Below are positions 10,470 to 20,544 of a DNA stretch of 64,000 nucleotides, piece by piece (positions within the stretch are counted from its first letter, which is position 1; each line of letters opens with the position of its first letter). The DNA is from Oscillospiraceae bacterium (GTDB lineage Bacteria > Bacillota > Clostridia > Oscillospirales > CAG-272): contig SVTT01000007.1 of NCBI GenBank assembly GCA_015063625.1, forward strand, positions 12,780-76,779. The letters run 5' to 3'. The position numbers and the translations under genes were made by a program. Under the pieces are notes generated by a model. The model did no database searches. It had not been told where the DNA came from and saw only the letters and a program-made list of their open reading frames with translations.

Positions 10470-11459
10470 TCAAATACTGTCGGTCTGATTGTTAAAGAGC
10501 ACGGTGCTGCCCTCATGCTCAAAGGCAAAGGGGACCTCAATGAGGCCGCCGAGCGCCGCACGGATGGCAGGGTGTCGCTCCTCAGGCGCATAAAACAGCA
10601 AAAAGCCACCGCCGCCTGCGCCCAGCAGCTTGCCGCCCAGCGCACCTGCCGCAACGGCACGCTCGTAGAGCGTGTCGATGGCGCTGTTGGAGATGCGGTC
10701 GGTAATGCCGCGCTTGATCTGCCATGCCTCGTGCAGCAGTCTGCCGAAATCGTCAAGGCTCGCCGTGCCCTCAAGGATGGCTTGTGCGGTGCTTGCCATC
10801 TCCTTCATGGCAAGGAGATCGGCAGTCTTTTTCTCAAGCGCCGATTGATGTGCGGTCTGCAGTTCTGCCGAAAAACGCGAAAAACCGGTGAAAAACAGCA
10901 TCAGGCGGTCCTGCAATGCCTGCTTTCTCTCGGGCGTGATCGCAACGGGGGTCACGCGAAAGCCGTCGCCGTCAAGGTCGATACGGTTAAAGCCGCCGAA
11001 AGCTGCCGCGATCTGATCCTGCACGCCGCCGCACTCGCGGCAAAGCACGCGCTCAAGATGGATCGCCTCCTCGGCAAGGGCTGCCTTGTCGCACACCTCC
11101 TTGCGCGATGCATGTATGCCGTGGATCAATCCTACGGCAAAGGAGCTGCTGGTGCCAAGACCCGTTCGCGCGGGCAGATCCGCCTCATAGGTCAGGCGCA
11201 CGTGCTCCACGCCGTAATGGCGCATTGCCTCGCGGATGGCGGGGTGCTCGATCTCATCGATCTCGCGCACACGCTCGATCCTGCTGTAAGCAAATTCGCT
11301 GCGGTAATCAAAAAAAGGGGGCAGGGAGCGCAGCGTCACATAGCAATATTTGTCAAAGGTGGCGGAAAGGACCGTGCCGCCGTGCTGACGGTAAAAGTCC
11401 TCGAAATCAGTGCCGCCGCCGAAGAAGGACATGCGGAAGGGCGTTTTGGTAATGATCAT
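10470..11459 (-). CDS. GHMP kinase, HddA (heptose-7-phosphate kinase)-like
   Basis: TPFRMSFFGGGTD, GLGTSSS, GGVQDQ, GGKLLGAGGGGF. Confidence 0.82.
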   Translation of the reverse strand: MIITKTPFRMSFFGGGTDFEDFYRQHGGTVLSATFDKYCYVTLRSLPPFFDYRSEFAYSRIERVREIDEIEHPAIREAMRHYGVEHVRLTYEADLPARTGLGTSSSFAVGLIHGIHASRKEVCDKAALAEEAIHLERVLCRECGGVQDQIAAAFGGFNRIDLDGDGFRVTPVAITPERKQALQDRLMLFFTGFSRFSAELQTAHQSALEKKTADLLAMKEMASTAQAILEGTASLDDFGRLLHEAWQIKRGITDRISNSAIDTLYERAVAAGALGGKLLGAGGGGFLLFYAPEERHPAIRAALGGLIEVPFAFEHEGSTVLFNNQTDSI

Positions 11460-12442
11460 CCGACAACAACCTCTTCCTTCGCGTCCTCGGGAGCTTTTGT
11501 GGGAGCGCTCGGCGTCTCCTCGGACTGTCGGGGAGAAGCGGGCACGGCAAAGCGAATGGCGTGGGGCAGGATGTTGATGGTAAAATCACTGCTCTCCACG
11601 ATCTCTCCGTCAAGCGTGTAGGCAAAGCCGTCGGGAGCCGTGACATGCACTGACTTGCCGCGACGGTAGGTGATGATGTTTTTAAAGCGGGGATCGTCAA
11701 GATGCTCGCCGTTTTTATATTTGCTGATCAGGCGGATAAAGGACGGGTAGGAGAGGGGCTTGACGAGGCAGATCTCAAGAAATCCGTCGTCGTTGACCGA
11801 ATGGGGGGCACAGCAATAGGCGCCGCCGACGTATTTTCCGTTGGAAACCGTGCAGAGAAGGGATTTTCCCTCGGTCAGCAGCTCGCCGTCCACCGATACC
11901 GTGAACTCGTTTTTCATCGAGGTGAAGAGTGCCTTGACAATGCCCGTGGTATAGGCGTGCTTGCCGCCGATCAGCTTTTTGTGCTTGACCCGTGCCATGG
12001 TGCGCGCCACGGCGGTGTCAAAGCCAAAGTTGGTCACGTTCAGGGAATAGCGGTCGCCGATCTGCATGATGTCAACGGGGGTCTCTCTTGCCGCGATCAA
12101 TGCATCGATATCGAGAAAGCGGTCGGCACCGCCGTAATATTTGACATAATCGTTACCGCTGCCGCAGGGATAGCAGGTCATCGAAGCGTGGGGGAAGCCC
12201 ACGATGCCGTGCAGAACCTCGTTGGCGGTGCCGTCGCCGCCGCAGGCGTAAAAGCGGAGCGACTCATCGGGCTCTGCCTCGCAGCGTGCTCTGACAAATG
12301 CCGTGGCATCCTTTTCTGCCTTGGTGGGATAGAATTCGAACAGCAGATGGGCATAATCGGTATTCATTTTTTTGCGCAGCCGATCCATAGCGGCTCTGTT
12401 GTCCTTCCCGGCGGCGGGATTGTAGATAAAGATATGTTTCAT
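11456..12442 (-). CDS. Diacylglycerol/lipid kinase family protein (YegS/BmrU-like)
   Basis: NPAAG, CGGDGT, GSGND, LDGE motifs. Confidence 0.9.
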   Translation of the reverse strand: MKHIFIYNPAAGKDNRAAMDRLRKKMNTDYAHLLFEFYPTKAEKDATAFVRARCEAEPDESLRFYACGGDGTANEVLHGIVGFPHASMTCYPCGSGNDYVKYYGGADRFLDIDALIAARETPVDIMQIGDRYSLNVTNFGFDTAVARTMARVKHKKLIGGKHAYTTGIVKALFTSMKNEFTVSVDGELLTEGKSLLCTVSNGKYVGGAYCCAPHSVNDDGFLEICLVKPLSYPSFIRLISKYKNGEHLDDPRFKNIITYRRGKSVHVTAPDGFAYTLDGEIVESSDFTINILPHAIRFAVPASPRQSEETPSAPTKAPEDAKEEVVVG

Positions 12443-12648
12443 ATAAAAACTCCTTGCGCCGATGCTTTGTATTCATGATAACATAAAATGTTTTGTTTTT
12501 CAAGTAAAAAACAAGGTTTTTGGCGAAATGGCGGAATTTGTCGCATCACGGAAGGACAAATTGAAAAAAAGGGTTGCGGCAGACAGCCGTATGTGGTATA
12601 ATGATATCACTACCGTCGGTCTTTTATCACTGCGAAAGGAGGGTGCCG

Positions 12649-13185
12649 ATGCCGTCGTTTACCAAAAAAGCAATCGTGGAGACCTTTTTGCATCTGGTCG
12701 CAAAAAAGCCGCTTGAAAAGATCACCGTGCGCGACGTGGTGGATGAGTGCGGCATTAACCGGAACACCTTTTACTACTATTTTCAGGATATTTATGCAGT
12801 GCTGGAGGGACTTTGCGATACCGCGATCGAGGAGATCCCCCACGGATGCGGTGTAGGTGAAGCGCTTTCTGCCTTTTTCGGTATCCTTGCCGAATTTTCA
12901 CTGACGCACATGCGTGCCGTACAGCACCTGCTTGCCTCGGTCGGTCGGGACGGCGCGGAGCGCTATTTTGCCGAGGGGCTTGATGCGGTGATCGATGGGG
13001 CGCTTGCCCGTTCGGGGGAGAAGGATGCTGTTGAGCGCCGCTTTACCGTGCTTTTTTTGCGCCATGCGGTGATCGGGATTTTCGCCGACTGGCTTGCCGA
13101 TGACGGCAAGCGCGAGATCGGTTCCGTGGCAGCGCGCATTGCGGCGATCACCGATCGCACGGTAAAAAATACAGACAAATCTTGA
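12649..13185 (+). CDS. TetR/AcrR family regulator
   Basis: KITVRDVVDECGINRNTFYYYF HTH; RBS AAAGGAGG. Confidence 0.9.
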   Translation: MPSFTKKAIVETFLHLVAKKPLEKITVRDVVDECGINRNTFYYYFQDIYAVLEGLCDTAIEEIPHGCGVGEALSAFFGILAEFSLTHMRAVQHLLASVGRDGAERYFAEGLDAVIDGALARSGEKDAVERRFTVLFLRHAVIGIFADWLADDGKREIGSVAARIAAITDRTVKNTDKS

Positions 13186-13211
13186 AAAATGCCCAAATAT
13201 CGGATAAAACG

Positions 13212-13248
13212 AGCCCCGTGCCCAAAAAACAGGCACGGGGCTTTTTTT
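13212..13248 (+). terminator. Intrinsic terminator
   Basis: AGCCCCGTGCC/GGCACGGGGCT stem plus T tract. Confidence 0.8.
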
Positions 13249-13312
13249 GCCCGAGGCTCTCATACCAAATCTATCGTATAATGAGGACATCACAGCGAGA
13301 TAGGAGGGTAAC

Positions 13313-13719
13313 ATGGGGATCTTCCGTGCGATCGGACGCTTTTTTCGTCATTGTCGGGTCGTATTCGCAAGAACGGTCCTGATCCTTCTCGTCTATCTTC
13401 TATATGACCCAAAGGTGTATTTCGTGGACAAACGGGTGATGCGGCTTCGCAGGCTGCGGCGCTCCGCGGTGCTGACGTGCAACCATTTGCGCGGCTGCGA
13501 CGGTGCAGTGATCTTGGGTCTGCTTGCCCGCAGCCTCGCGGCACGTTCGCATATGATCAAACCGGTAGGGGTCGGCGCCTTCGACGCCCCGTGTGTCGGC
13601 TATACATTATGGAGGGCACACCTTATTTCCCGGAGGGCGGTGTGATACCCGTCGAATACAAGGAGGAGCAATGCCGCATCCTCTATGAAAAAACGACCGT
13701 GCTGCGTATGCTGCTGTAA
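13313..13719 (+). pseudogene. Degenerate lysophospholipid acyltransferase (PlsC-like)
   Basis: NHLRGCD (NHxxxxD) in one frame and YFPEG in another frame; far shorter than a full enzyme. Confidence 0.6.
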
Positions 13720-13751
13720 GAGAAGCGCAGCAAAAGAAAGAGAGGCAGATC

Positions 13752-14321
13752 ATGAAAAGAGCCAATATCGTGAAGGAAGCTAAGATCACCCATGTCGTCG
13801 TGTCGGCGCTGCTACTGCTGTCGGGCGTGTTTTTCATTGCCTGGCCCGAGCTTTACAGTGCCTCGGTACGCTGGCTGGTGGGTGCAAACTTTATCGTCAT
13901 GGGCGGTGTCCGCGTGCTCGGATATTTTGCCAACGATCTTTACCGCCTTGCCTTTCAGTATGACCTTGCTGTAGGCGGACTCAGCGTGATCCTCGGCGTG
14001 CTGATCCTCATTTGCCCCGCAGACGTGCTGGAAACGCTGCCGTACGTGATCGGCGTGTTCGTCATCCTCGACGGACTTTTGAAGCTCCAGACCGCTTTTG
14101 ATGCCAAGGCGTTTGGCATGAAGCAGTGGATCGGACTTCTCATCTCCGCCGCCCTGCTCGGCGCTTGTGGCATTGTGGTTCTGATCGGCACCTCCGAGTG
14201 GAATCGCATTATACTCGTGGGTGTGGCGCTGATCGCCGACGGTGCGGAGAACATCTGGAACACCATGGCGACCGTGCGCGTGCGGACCAAGAAAAAGGAT
14301 CGCTTTGAGGATCTGCTTTAA
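13752..14321 (+). CDS. HdeD/DUF308-like membrane protein
   Basis: About six hydrophobic helices in a repeated two-helix pattern. Confidence 0.7.
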   Translation: MKRANIVKEAKITHVVVSALLLLSGVFFIAWPELYSASVRWLVGANFIVMGGVRVLGYFANDLYRLAFQYDLAVGGLSVILGVLILICPADVLETLPYVIGVFVILDGLLKLQTAFDAKAFGMKQWIGLLISAALLGACGIVVLIGTSEWNRIILVGVALIADGAENIWNTMATVRVRTKKKDRFEDLL

Positions 14322-14354
14322 ATCTGAAATCCATAGAAAAAGGAGTACATAAAG

Positions 14355-15239
14355 ATGAAGCCCATCAAAATTTTCACCGATTCCTGCTCGGATCTCGGTG
14401 CTGACATTCGAATGAAATACGATATCGATTATATGAAGATGTGCACCGTGGAGGACGGCAAGGAAACCCCTGCCGATCTCGACTTCCCCTATTATACGCC
14501 TCACGAGCTTTACGACGTGATGCGCGGCGGAAAGCGCATCCTTACCACACAAGTCCCGATGGCGGAGTTCAAGACGCGCTTTACCGAGGCGCTGGACGAG
14601 GGCTTTGATATCCTCTATATCGGCTGTGCACTGCCTCTTTCCAGCTCGGTCAATACGGGAAGCATGGTGGCAAAGCAGCTGATGGCGGAGCGCGAGGGCG
14701 CGGATATCCGTTGCGTTGATGCCACCAATTCCTGCCTTGGAGAGGGACTTTTGACCGTGTATGCGGCAACGCTGCGTGCGGCGGGCAAGAGCCTTGACGA
14801 GATCGTTGCCGAGATCGAGGAAAAGAAGCATGAGATCAATCAGTTCGTCACGGTGGGCTCGCTTGACATGCTGAAAAAGGCGGGGCGCGTCAAGGGATCT
14901 GCTGCCTTTTTCGGTAATCTGCTCGGCGTCAAGCCCGTGATCATCTCGGATCGAAACGGTCAGAACGTGCCCATCTGCAAGGTCAAGGGGCGCAAGGCAT
15001 CTCTTGATAAGCTGGTCGAGCTGACAAGGGAGTCGGTGATCGATCCCGCCTCGCAGACGGTGTTCATTGCGCATGCCGACTGCCTTGAGGATGCCGAGTA
15101 TCTGAGGGATCGTCTGATCTCCGAGGTCGGCTTTTCCGATGCCTATGTCAATTTTATCGGTCCCATCATCGGCGCCTGCATCGGTCCCGGTGCCATCGGC
15201 GTATTCGCCTTTGGCAAGAAGGTGGAGATGGCGGTCTGA
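14355..15239 (+). CDS. DegV family fatty-acid-binding protein (FakB-like)
   Basis: IFTDSCSDL, LSSS, GEGLL, KAGR, GPIIGACIGPG. Confidence 0.92.
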   Translation: MKPIKIFTDSCSDLGADIRMKYDIDYMKMCTVEDGKETPADLDFPYYTPHELYDVMRGGKRILTTQVPMAEFKTRFTEALDEGFDILYIGCALPLSSSVNTGSMVAKQLMAEREGADIRCVDATNSCLGEGLLTVYAATLRAAGKSLDEIVAEIEEKKHEINQFVTVGSLDMLKKAGRVKGSAAFFGNLLGVKPVIISDRNGQNVPICKVKGRKASLDKLVELTRESVIDPASQTVFIAHADCLEDAEYLRDRLISEVGFSDAYVNFIGPIIGACIGPGAIGVFAFGKKVEMAV

Positions 15240-15269
15240 TCGGCTTTCATTACGTCAAAGGAGCAAAAC

Positions 15270-16937
15270 ATGGCAACATATGAACTGAACGGCACACTGT
15301 TTGCGGATATGGTGCGCGGCGGCGCGGGCAATCTGCGCGCCAATGCGCAGGTCGTCAATGATCTGAACGTCTTTCCGATCCCCGATGGAGATACCGGCGA
15401 TAATATGAGCCTGACGATGGAGGGGGGCGATGCGGCACTGCGCGGTGTAGCATCGGGCTCTATCTCCTATATCGCAGAGAAGCTTGCGGGCGGCATGCTG
15501 CTCGGTGCGCGCGGCAACTCGGGTGTGATCCTTTCTCAGCTCTTTGCGGGTATCGCAAAGGGGCTTGAGGGGGTGGAGAGTGCCGATGCGGCAGCGCTCG
15601 GAAGGGCGTTCCAGAGTGGCGTCAGGCAGGCGTACGATGCGGTCATGACCCCTACGGAGGGAACCATTCTCACCGTGGCGAGAGAGGCGACCGAATACGC
15701 CGTGGCACGCATTACCCCCGAGAGCACGCTGGAGGACTTCTTTACCGACTTCATCCGTGAGATGCACGACTCGCTTGCTCATACCCCCGATCTTTTGCCG
15801 ATCCTTAAGGAGTCCGGTGTGATCGACAGCGGCGGTGCGGGGCTTGTTTACGTCATTGAGGGAATGTATAAGATCCTGCGCGGCGAGAAGGTGGAGCAAC
15901 GGGCTGCCGCGGCATCCGCTGATGCTGCGCCTGCGCCCGATCTCTCGGCGTTCAATGCCGATAGCGAGATGCAGTTTGGCTATTGCACCGAGTTTCTTCT
16001 GCAGCTCCAGAACAGCAAGGTGGATGCCGAGCGCTTTGACGTGGAAACCGTCAAGGAGGCACTTTGCGAGCTTGGCGGCGAATCGGTGGTTGCCTTTAAA
16101 ACGGGCACGGTGATCAAGGTGCACGTACATACCATGTTCCCGGGCAGAGTCATGGAGCGCTGTCAGCAATACGGCGAATTCCTGACGCTGAAGATTGAAA
16201 ATATGGCGCTTCAGCACAGCGAGGCGAGGGTGGAAAACCGCTTTGGTGCCCCTGCGGCGTCCAAGCAGGAGCATAAGCGCTTTGGCGTGGTCGCCGTTGC
16301 GACGGGAGAGGGGATCAAGGAAACCTTTCTTTCGCTCGGTGCAGATTTCATCGTCGAGGGCGGCCAGACCATGAATCCCTCCTCGGAGGATTTCCTGCAG
16401 GCGTTTGAGCTCGTGAATGCCGATACGGTGTTCGTTTTACCCAATAACAGCAACATCGTGCTGACGGCAAAGCAGGCGGGAGAGCTCTACAAGGGTGCCG
16501 ATGTACGTGTGCTCAACAGTAAGACCGTGGGTGAGGGCTATGCCGCCCTCACGATGCTGGATTTTGAAAGCGAAGATGCCGATGCCATCGAGGAAGGTCT
16601 GAATGACGCCATGTCGGGTGTGGTGACGGGAATGGTCACGCGCTCGGTGCGCGATTCCCATCTTGGAGGAATGGACATCGCCAAGAATGATTATATCGGC
16701 TTTGCGGGCAAGCAGATGCTGTCCGATGCCGCCACGGTCAGCGATGCGGCGTGCGGGCTTCTCGGTGCACTGGATATGACCGACCGCGAGGTGCTGATCG
16801 CCATTTGCGGAAAGGATGCCAATGCCGCCGACATGGATGCCGTACGGCGCTTTGTTGCCGAAAAATATCCTGCCACCGAGCTGTTTGAGATCGACGGCGG
16901 TCAGGATATCTATCCCTTCATTTTTGTTCTGGAATAA
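15270..16937 (+). CDS. DAK2-domain fatty acid kinase subunit A (FakA/YloV-like)
   Basis: LNVFPIPDGDTGDNM, GARGNSGVILSQ, EGTILTV, YCTEF, GGQTMNPS. Confidence 0.93.
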   Translation: MATYELNGTLFADMVRGGAGNLRANAQVVNDLNVFPIPDGDTGDNMSLTMEGGDAALRGVASGSISYIAEKLAGGMLLGARGNSGVILSQLFAGIAKGLEGVESADAAALGRAFQSGVRQAYDAVMTPTEGTILTVAREATEYAVARITPESTLEDFFTDFIREMHDSLAHTPDLLPILKESGVIDSGGAGLVYVIEGMYKILRGEKVEQRAAAASADAAPAPDLSAFNADSEMQFGYCTEFLLQLQNSKVDAERFDVETVKEALCELGGESVVAFKTGTVIKVHVHTMFPGRVMERCQQYGEFLTLKIENMALQHSEARVENRFGAPAASKQEHKRFGVVAVATGEGIKETFLSLGADFIVEGGQTMNPSSEDFLQAFELVNADTVFVLPNNSNIVLTAKQAGELYKGADVRVLNSKTVGEGYAALTMLDFESEDADAIEEGLNDAMSGVVTGMVTRSVRDSHLGGMDIAKNDYIGFAGKQMLSDAATVSDAACGLLGALDMTDREVLIAICGKDANAADMDAVRRFVAEKYPATELFEIDGGQDIYPFIFVLE

Positions 16938-16942
16938 ACAGC

Positions 16943-16978
16943 AAAGCATGCGGATGCTCGGCATCCGCATGCTTTTTT
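16943..16978 (+). terminator. Intrinsic terminator
   Basis: 15-bp stem, TCG loop, T tract. Confidence 0.8.
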
Positions 16979-17072
16979 CAAAAGAGTAGGACGCGCTCCG
17001 CCTATTGACAAACCGCGTCTGTATCCGTTATAATGTAACGGAAGAAATATGATCCGAGAAGGAGGAAAAAGG

Positions 17073-17531
17073 ATGTCTTTTTTGAGTCGTAAAACCAAAA
17101 AGGGTCTGAAGCGGCTGCACGGCACCACCAAGTTCTGTATGCTGCTGGCGCTGATCGTGGGAATCGGTATCGGCGTTTTCGGCATGAGCTATGTGTCAAA
17201 GAACGATCGTTTTCTGCTGAAGGGCGAGAGTGCTTATTCCATTGATATGGCACCTGCCGACACTGAGGATCCCACCCCGTATTTTTATACCGAGGAGGGC
17301 GTTGAGGCGGTTTGCTTCGGACGCGACGTGTCGGATAAGCTCACGGTTACCACCGATCTTGAAAAGGACGCCGAGGGCAGATACATCATCCCCACCGATA
17401 AGGAGGGAGTTTATACCATTACCTATTCGGTGAATAGTCCCAAATTCGGAGAGAGTGCGCCCAACGGTGCCATTCTTCGAATTCGTACCTTTACTGTCAC
17501 TGCAGCGGAGGAGGATGGAAGAAATGGCTAA
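17073..17531 (+). CDS. Hypothetical membrane-anchored protein
   Basis: RBS GGAGG, basic N-terminus and one TM helix; promoter TTGACA(17005)/TATAAT(17029). Confidence 0.7.
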   Translation: MSFLSRKTKKGLKRLHGTTKFCMLLALIVGIGIGVFGMSYVSKNDRFLLKGESAYSIDMAPADTEDPTPYFYTEEGVEAVCFGRDVSDKLTVTTDLEKDAEGRYIIPTDKEGVYTITYSVNSPKFGESAPNGAILRIRTFTVTAAEEDGRNG

Positions 17532-18630
17532 AAGAAGCAAGTTTTCGGCACCGTTGACCGTCCTTTTGTCGCTTGCCTGCCTTGTGGCGGGTACGGCGAT
17601 CGGTCTGCTTGGCAGGGCATTTTTTGATGCCTCCACCTACAAGAGCGATGAAAAGCCCCGCACCGTGGTGGAGGGCGCATTGCAGATCCACTTTTTGGAG
17701 CTTGGCAATAAATATACGGGCGACTGTACTTATATCAAGGCGGGCGAGACCGACATTCTGATCGATGCGGGCTCGCGCTCGACCAGCGTTCCCACCATTA
17801 AGGAGTATATCGACCAATATGTGACCGACGGCAAGCTTGAGTACGTCATCGTCACCCACGCCCATCAGGATCACTATGCGGGCTTTTCGGTCACCGACGG
17901 CAGCATTTTCGATCTCTATGAGTGCGAGGTCATCATTGATTTTGCCAAGACCAATCAGGAGGACCGCGACACCTCCAACATGTACGGCCGTTACATCAAC
18001 GAGCGCGAGGCAGAGGTCGCCGCAGGTGCCACGCACTATACTGCGGCGCAGTGCCGCGAGAACGGCAACCATACCTTTGATCTCGGCAGCGGCATCACGA
18101 TGGAGATCCTTGACAGCTATTACTACTACAACGAGGCGCCCTCCGAGAACGATTATTCGGTCTGCACCCTTATCACCTACGGCGATGACAGCTATCTCTT
18201 CACGGGTGACCTTGAGGAGGAGGGTGAGGAGCATCTTGTCACCATGAACGAGCTGCCCGAGGTCACGGTCTACAAGGCGGGACACCACGGCTCCAAGACC
18301 TCCTCCTCCGCAGCATTGCTTGAGGTCATTCAGCCCGAGATCGTTTGTGTGTGCTGCTGCTGCGGCAGCTCGGAGTATACCGACACCGACGCCAACCAGT
18401 TCCCGACGCAGGCGTTTATCGACCGTGTTGCGCTCTATACCGATCGGGTCTACGTGACGACCATGTGCATGGATTACGACGAGGGAACCTTTGCCTCGAT
18501 GAACGGCAATATCACGGTTGTGACCGATAAAAACGGTGTGCGCGTTGTCTGCGGCAGCGGCGACGATCGTGTTCTGAAGCAATGGGAATGGTTCGCAGAG
18601 CACCGATCCTGTCCCGACGCCTGGAAATAA
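17524..18630 (+). CDS. ComEC/Rec2-type MBL-fold hydrolase, membrane-anchored
   Basis: THAHQDH, ENDYS, FTGD, GHHGS motifs; N-terminal TM helix. Confidence 0.85.
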   Translation: MAKRSKFSAPLTVLLSLACLVAGTAIGLLGRAFFDASTYKSDEKPRTVVEGALQIHFLELGNKYTGDCTYIKAGETDILIDAGSRSTSVPTIKEYIDQYVTDGKLEYVIVTHAHQDHYAGFSVTDGSIFDLYECEVIIDFAKTNQEDRDTSNMYGRYINEREAEVAAGATHYTAAQCRENGNHTFDLGSGITMEILDSYYYYNEAPSENDYSVCTLITYGDDSYLFTGDLEEEGEEHLVTMNELPEVTVYKAGHHGSKTSSSAALLEVIQPEIVCVCCCCGSSEYTDTDANQFPTQAFIDRVALYTDRVYVTTMCMDYDEGTFASMNGNITVVTDKNGVRVVCGSGDDRVLKQWEWFAEHRSCPDAWK

Positions 18631-18702
18631 GCGTCATTCCCCCGTGGCGATGCCTTCGCCGCGGGGGAGCTCCGTTTCAACATAAAATTCCGAGGTAAAA
18701 AT

Positions 18703-19191
18703 ATGTCGATTGAAAAAGCAAAAGCATATCTTGCGGCACGGGGCTATGCCGATCGCCTGGTTGTCCACGACGTCGAATGTGATACGGTGGCGCATGCCGC
18801 TGCAGTCATTGGCTGTGAGGAAAAACAGATCGCCAAGACCATGACCTTTCTCTCGGAGGAGGGCGCGGTCGCCATCGTGACGGCGGGGGATGCCCGTATC
18901 AAAAACGGAAAGTACAAGGCGTATTTCGGCACAAAGGCGAAAATGGTGCCCTTTGAGGACGTGACCCGTGTGATCGGTCATGAGCCGGGCGGCGTTTGTC
19001 CCTTTGGACTTGCCGATGGCGTGCGTGTCTTTCTTGATATCTCACTGAGGCGCTTCGACACGGTGCACGCCGCAGGCGGTGGCAGGAGTGCCACGGTCCG
19101 TCTTTCTCCCGATGAGCTGGAGGCAGTGCTGCCCGAGGCACCGTGGGTCGATCTTTGCGACGGCTGGTGTGACGATGAGGCTGCCGAATAA
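18703..19191 (+). CDS. YbaK/EbsC family aminoacyl-tRNA deacylase
   Basis: QIAKT, GHEPGGVCPFG. Confidence 0.9.
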   Translation: MSIEKAKAYLAARGYADRLVVHDVECDTVAHAAAVIGCEEKQIAKTMTFLSEEGAVAIVTAGDARIKNGKYKAYFGTKAKMVPFEDVTRVIGHEPGGVCPFGLADGVRVFLDISLRRFDTVHAAGGGRSATVRLSPDELEAVLPEAPWVDLCDGWCDDEAAE

Positions 19192-19879
19192 AGCAACGCT
19201 GAAAACCGCGTTTTTGGATACGGTTCCCGTTATGACGGGATATCTGGTGCTGGGCATGGGCTTTGGTGTCATTCTGCAAACGCGGGGCTATGGGATCATG
19301 TTTGCGGCGGCAATGAGCATTTTGATCTATGCGGGCTCGATGCAGTACGTGGCGATCGATCTTATTACGGGTGGGGCAGGGCTGCTGACGGCAGCTCTCA
19401 CCACCCTGACCGTCAATGCCCGTCATCTCTTTTACGGCATCTCGATGATTGGCAAATATCGGCACGTGGACAAAAAGGGTTTTCTCATTTTCACCCTCAC
19501 TGACGAAACCTATTCGCTCGTGTGCAGTGATGCCGCCGCCGAGAAGCAGGAAGAAAGCGGCGGACGGTATTACTTTCTCGTGTCGCTTTTTGACTATGCC
19601 TATTGGGTCACGGGCAGCGTGATCGGCTCGCTGCTCGGCGCGCATCTGCCCTTTTCGACCGAGGGGATCGATTTTGCGCTGACCGCACTGTTTCTCACGG
19701 TTTTTACCGAGCAGTGGCTGAGCACCAAGCGGCATGCTCCCGCACTGATCGGACTTGCGCTGTCTGTCATCTCGCTTGTCATCTTCGGTGCCGACAGCTT
19801 TTTGCTTTTCGCTATGCTTTTCATCACCGCTGCACTTGCCTTGATGCACGTGCGGGAAAGGAGAGCATCGCATGAGTGA
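19175..19879 (+). CDS. azlC: AzlC family branched-chain amino acid exporter subunit
   Basis: YAGSMQY, NARHLFYG, LTDETY, GIDFALTALF. Confidence 0.9.
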   Translation: MRLPNKATLKTAFLDTVPVMTGYLVLGMGFGVILQTRGYGIMFAAAMSILIYAGSMQYVAIDLITGGAGLLTAALTTLTVNARHLFYGISMIGKYRHVDKKGFLIFTLTDETYSLVCSDAAAEKQEESGGRYYFLVSLFDYAYWVTGSVIGSLLGAHLPFSTEGIDFALTALFLTVFTEQWLSTKRHAPALIGLALSVISLVIFGADSFLLFAMLFITAALALMHVRERRASHE

Positions 19880-20198
19880 TATCAATGTGATCCTGATGAT
19901 CGCCGTCATCGCAGCGGTGACCGCCCTGTTGCGCTTTTTGCCCTTTCTGATCTTCAAAAACGGGCGCACCGGTCCTTTGTTTATCGAATATCTCGGCAAA
20001 ACTCTGCCCTATGCCATTATGGGCATGCTGGTGGTCTTTTGCCTGAAAAACGTCACCCTCATCAGTGCCCCTCACGGCTTGCCCGAGCTGATCGCCTCGG
20101 CAGTGGTGATCGGACTTCACGTCTGGCGGCGCAACACCCTGCTCAGCATTTTGGGGGGCACTGCCACCTATATGCTGCTGGTGCAGCTGGTGTTTTGA
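19872..20198 (+). CDS. azlD: AzlD family branched-chain amino acid exporter subunit
   Basis: LRFLPF, LPYAIMGMLVV, WRRNTLLSI; overlaps azlC. Confidence 0.9.
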   Translation: MSDINVILMIAVIAAVTALLRFLPFLIFKNGRTGPLFIEYLGKTLPYAIMGMLVVFCLKNVTLISAPHGLPELIASAVVIGLHVWRRNTLLSILGGTATYMLLVQLVF

Positions 20199-20291
20199 CC
20201 GACCTCAGAGTATTTTCCTCAAATTTGCAAGAAGTCTGCTTGCCTTTCACACAAAAAATGGCAGGAACGCTGTTCTCAGCGCCCCTGCCGT

Positions 20292-20405
20292 TTTTTCGAG
20301 ATCTCGGAGCTGCTGCATTTCGATAATCCGCAGTATTTTTCGCGCGTATTTCGGCGTATCAACGGGATGTCGCCCGCCGAATTCAAGAATTCTCTTGAAC
20401 GATGA
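20292..20405 (+). pseudogene. Isolated C-terminal fragment of an AraC regulator
   Basis: Reads EISELLHFDNPQYFSRVFRRINGMSPAEFKNSLER*; no start codon or N-terminal domain upstream. Confidence 0.8.
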
Positions 20406-20544
20406 TTGACAAGGGAAAATCGTTTGTTAAAATGAAATAAGGACAGCTTGGGAGGACACCTGGATGCGCCTTGTTGCCGATCATGATGACATTTTTGGAA
20501 TTTTTTTCAGGGCTTGAAGAAAATCTCCCTTTCTTGGTGGTATA

